A DNA stretch of 17,575 nucleotides, from the NCBI RefSeq assembly GCF_006345805.1, contig NW_021824775.1, positions 1-17,575 of the forward strand, read 5' to 3'. The stretch comes from Octopus sinensis. Taxonomy: Eukaryota. Each line of letters opens with the position of its first letter. The first letter of the stretch is position 1. The position numbers and the translations under genes are program-made. Shown here piece by piece: positions 17,419 to 17,575 of the stretch. The notes beneath the pieces are model-generated. The model was given only the letters and a program-made list of their open reading frames with translations. It did not search any database and was not told where the DNA came from.

Positions 17419-17575
17419 ATACGCGGGTCCTATGAATGCAGAGATCAACAGAAAATTAACAAAATGATTCTTTAAAACATTTACGACAGGAAAAAAGAAC
17501 CATCTGTCAGCCGCCTGGATAGCCTACAATAAGGCTTTTCCTAGTCTTCCACACGGCTCGATAGAGAAATTCCTG

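Larger units (their letters stand above)
14630..17575 (+). pseudogene. Decayed R4/Dong-like non-LTR retrotransposon ORF, interrupted by four SINE family 2 insertions; continues beyond the window
   Basis: N-terminal LSREENKEVIMTYY…KFANVRRN/IKNG…IEIDRVKENV. Then ERGDLPKI…VNTTVK…ITTLNELLHAAAA near 16600-16750. RT start RGSYECRDQQKINKMIL*N…LSAAWIAYNKAFPSLPH (17422-17553) matches GSYGCKDQLLINKMILEN…NLS.AWIDYKKAFDSVPH. Confidence 0.82.

Overview
This is a non-genic, repeat-saturated eukaryotic window. It is most likely from an octopus (coleoid cephalopod), inferred from the tRNA-derived SINE families and the very high TA/CA/TATG microsatellite load. I can support no intact host gene; most ORFs in the track are microsatellite artefacts or antisense SINE read-throughs. 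Content: (1) three tRNA-derived SINE families; (2) decayed LINE pieces: an RTE RT, an RTE-like C2H2 tail, a CR1/L2-group ORF2 end, and a long R4/Dong-like element at 14630-17575; (3) two non-autonomous Helitrons, a Helentron-like element and a 94-bp mariner-like MITE; (4) Penelope-like element (PLE) material with a GIY-YIG endonuclease remnant. Two things stand out. First, four different minimal type I hammerhead ribozyme cassettes (one with a fully intact core at 7529-7623) each end 45-105 nt before a TA-rich microsatellite; two have a TATA box upstream, and one of those also has a 4x CRE+CCAAT array. Second, a 1.2-kb head-to-tail SINE multimer sits between 14-bp target-site duplications, and its headless units all join at the same AAATAC site in a hairpin of the tRNA-like head; that junction recurs in two other insertions. 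All calls are by eye; family names come from recalled consensus knowledge and need database confirmation.
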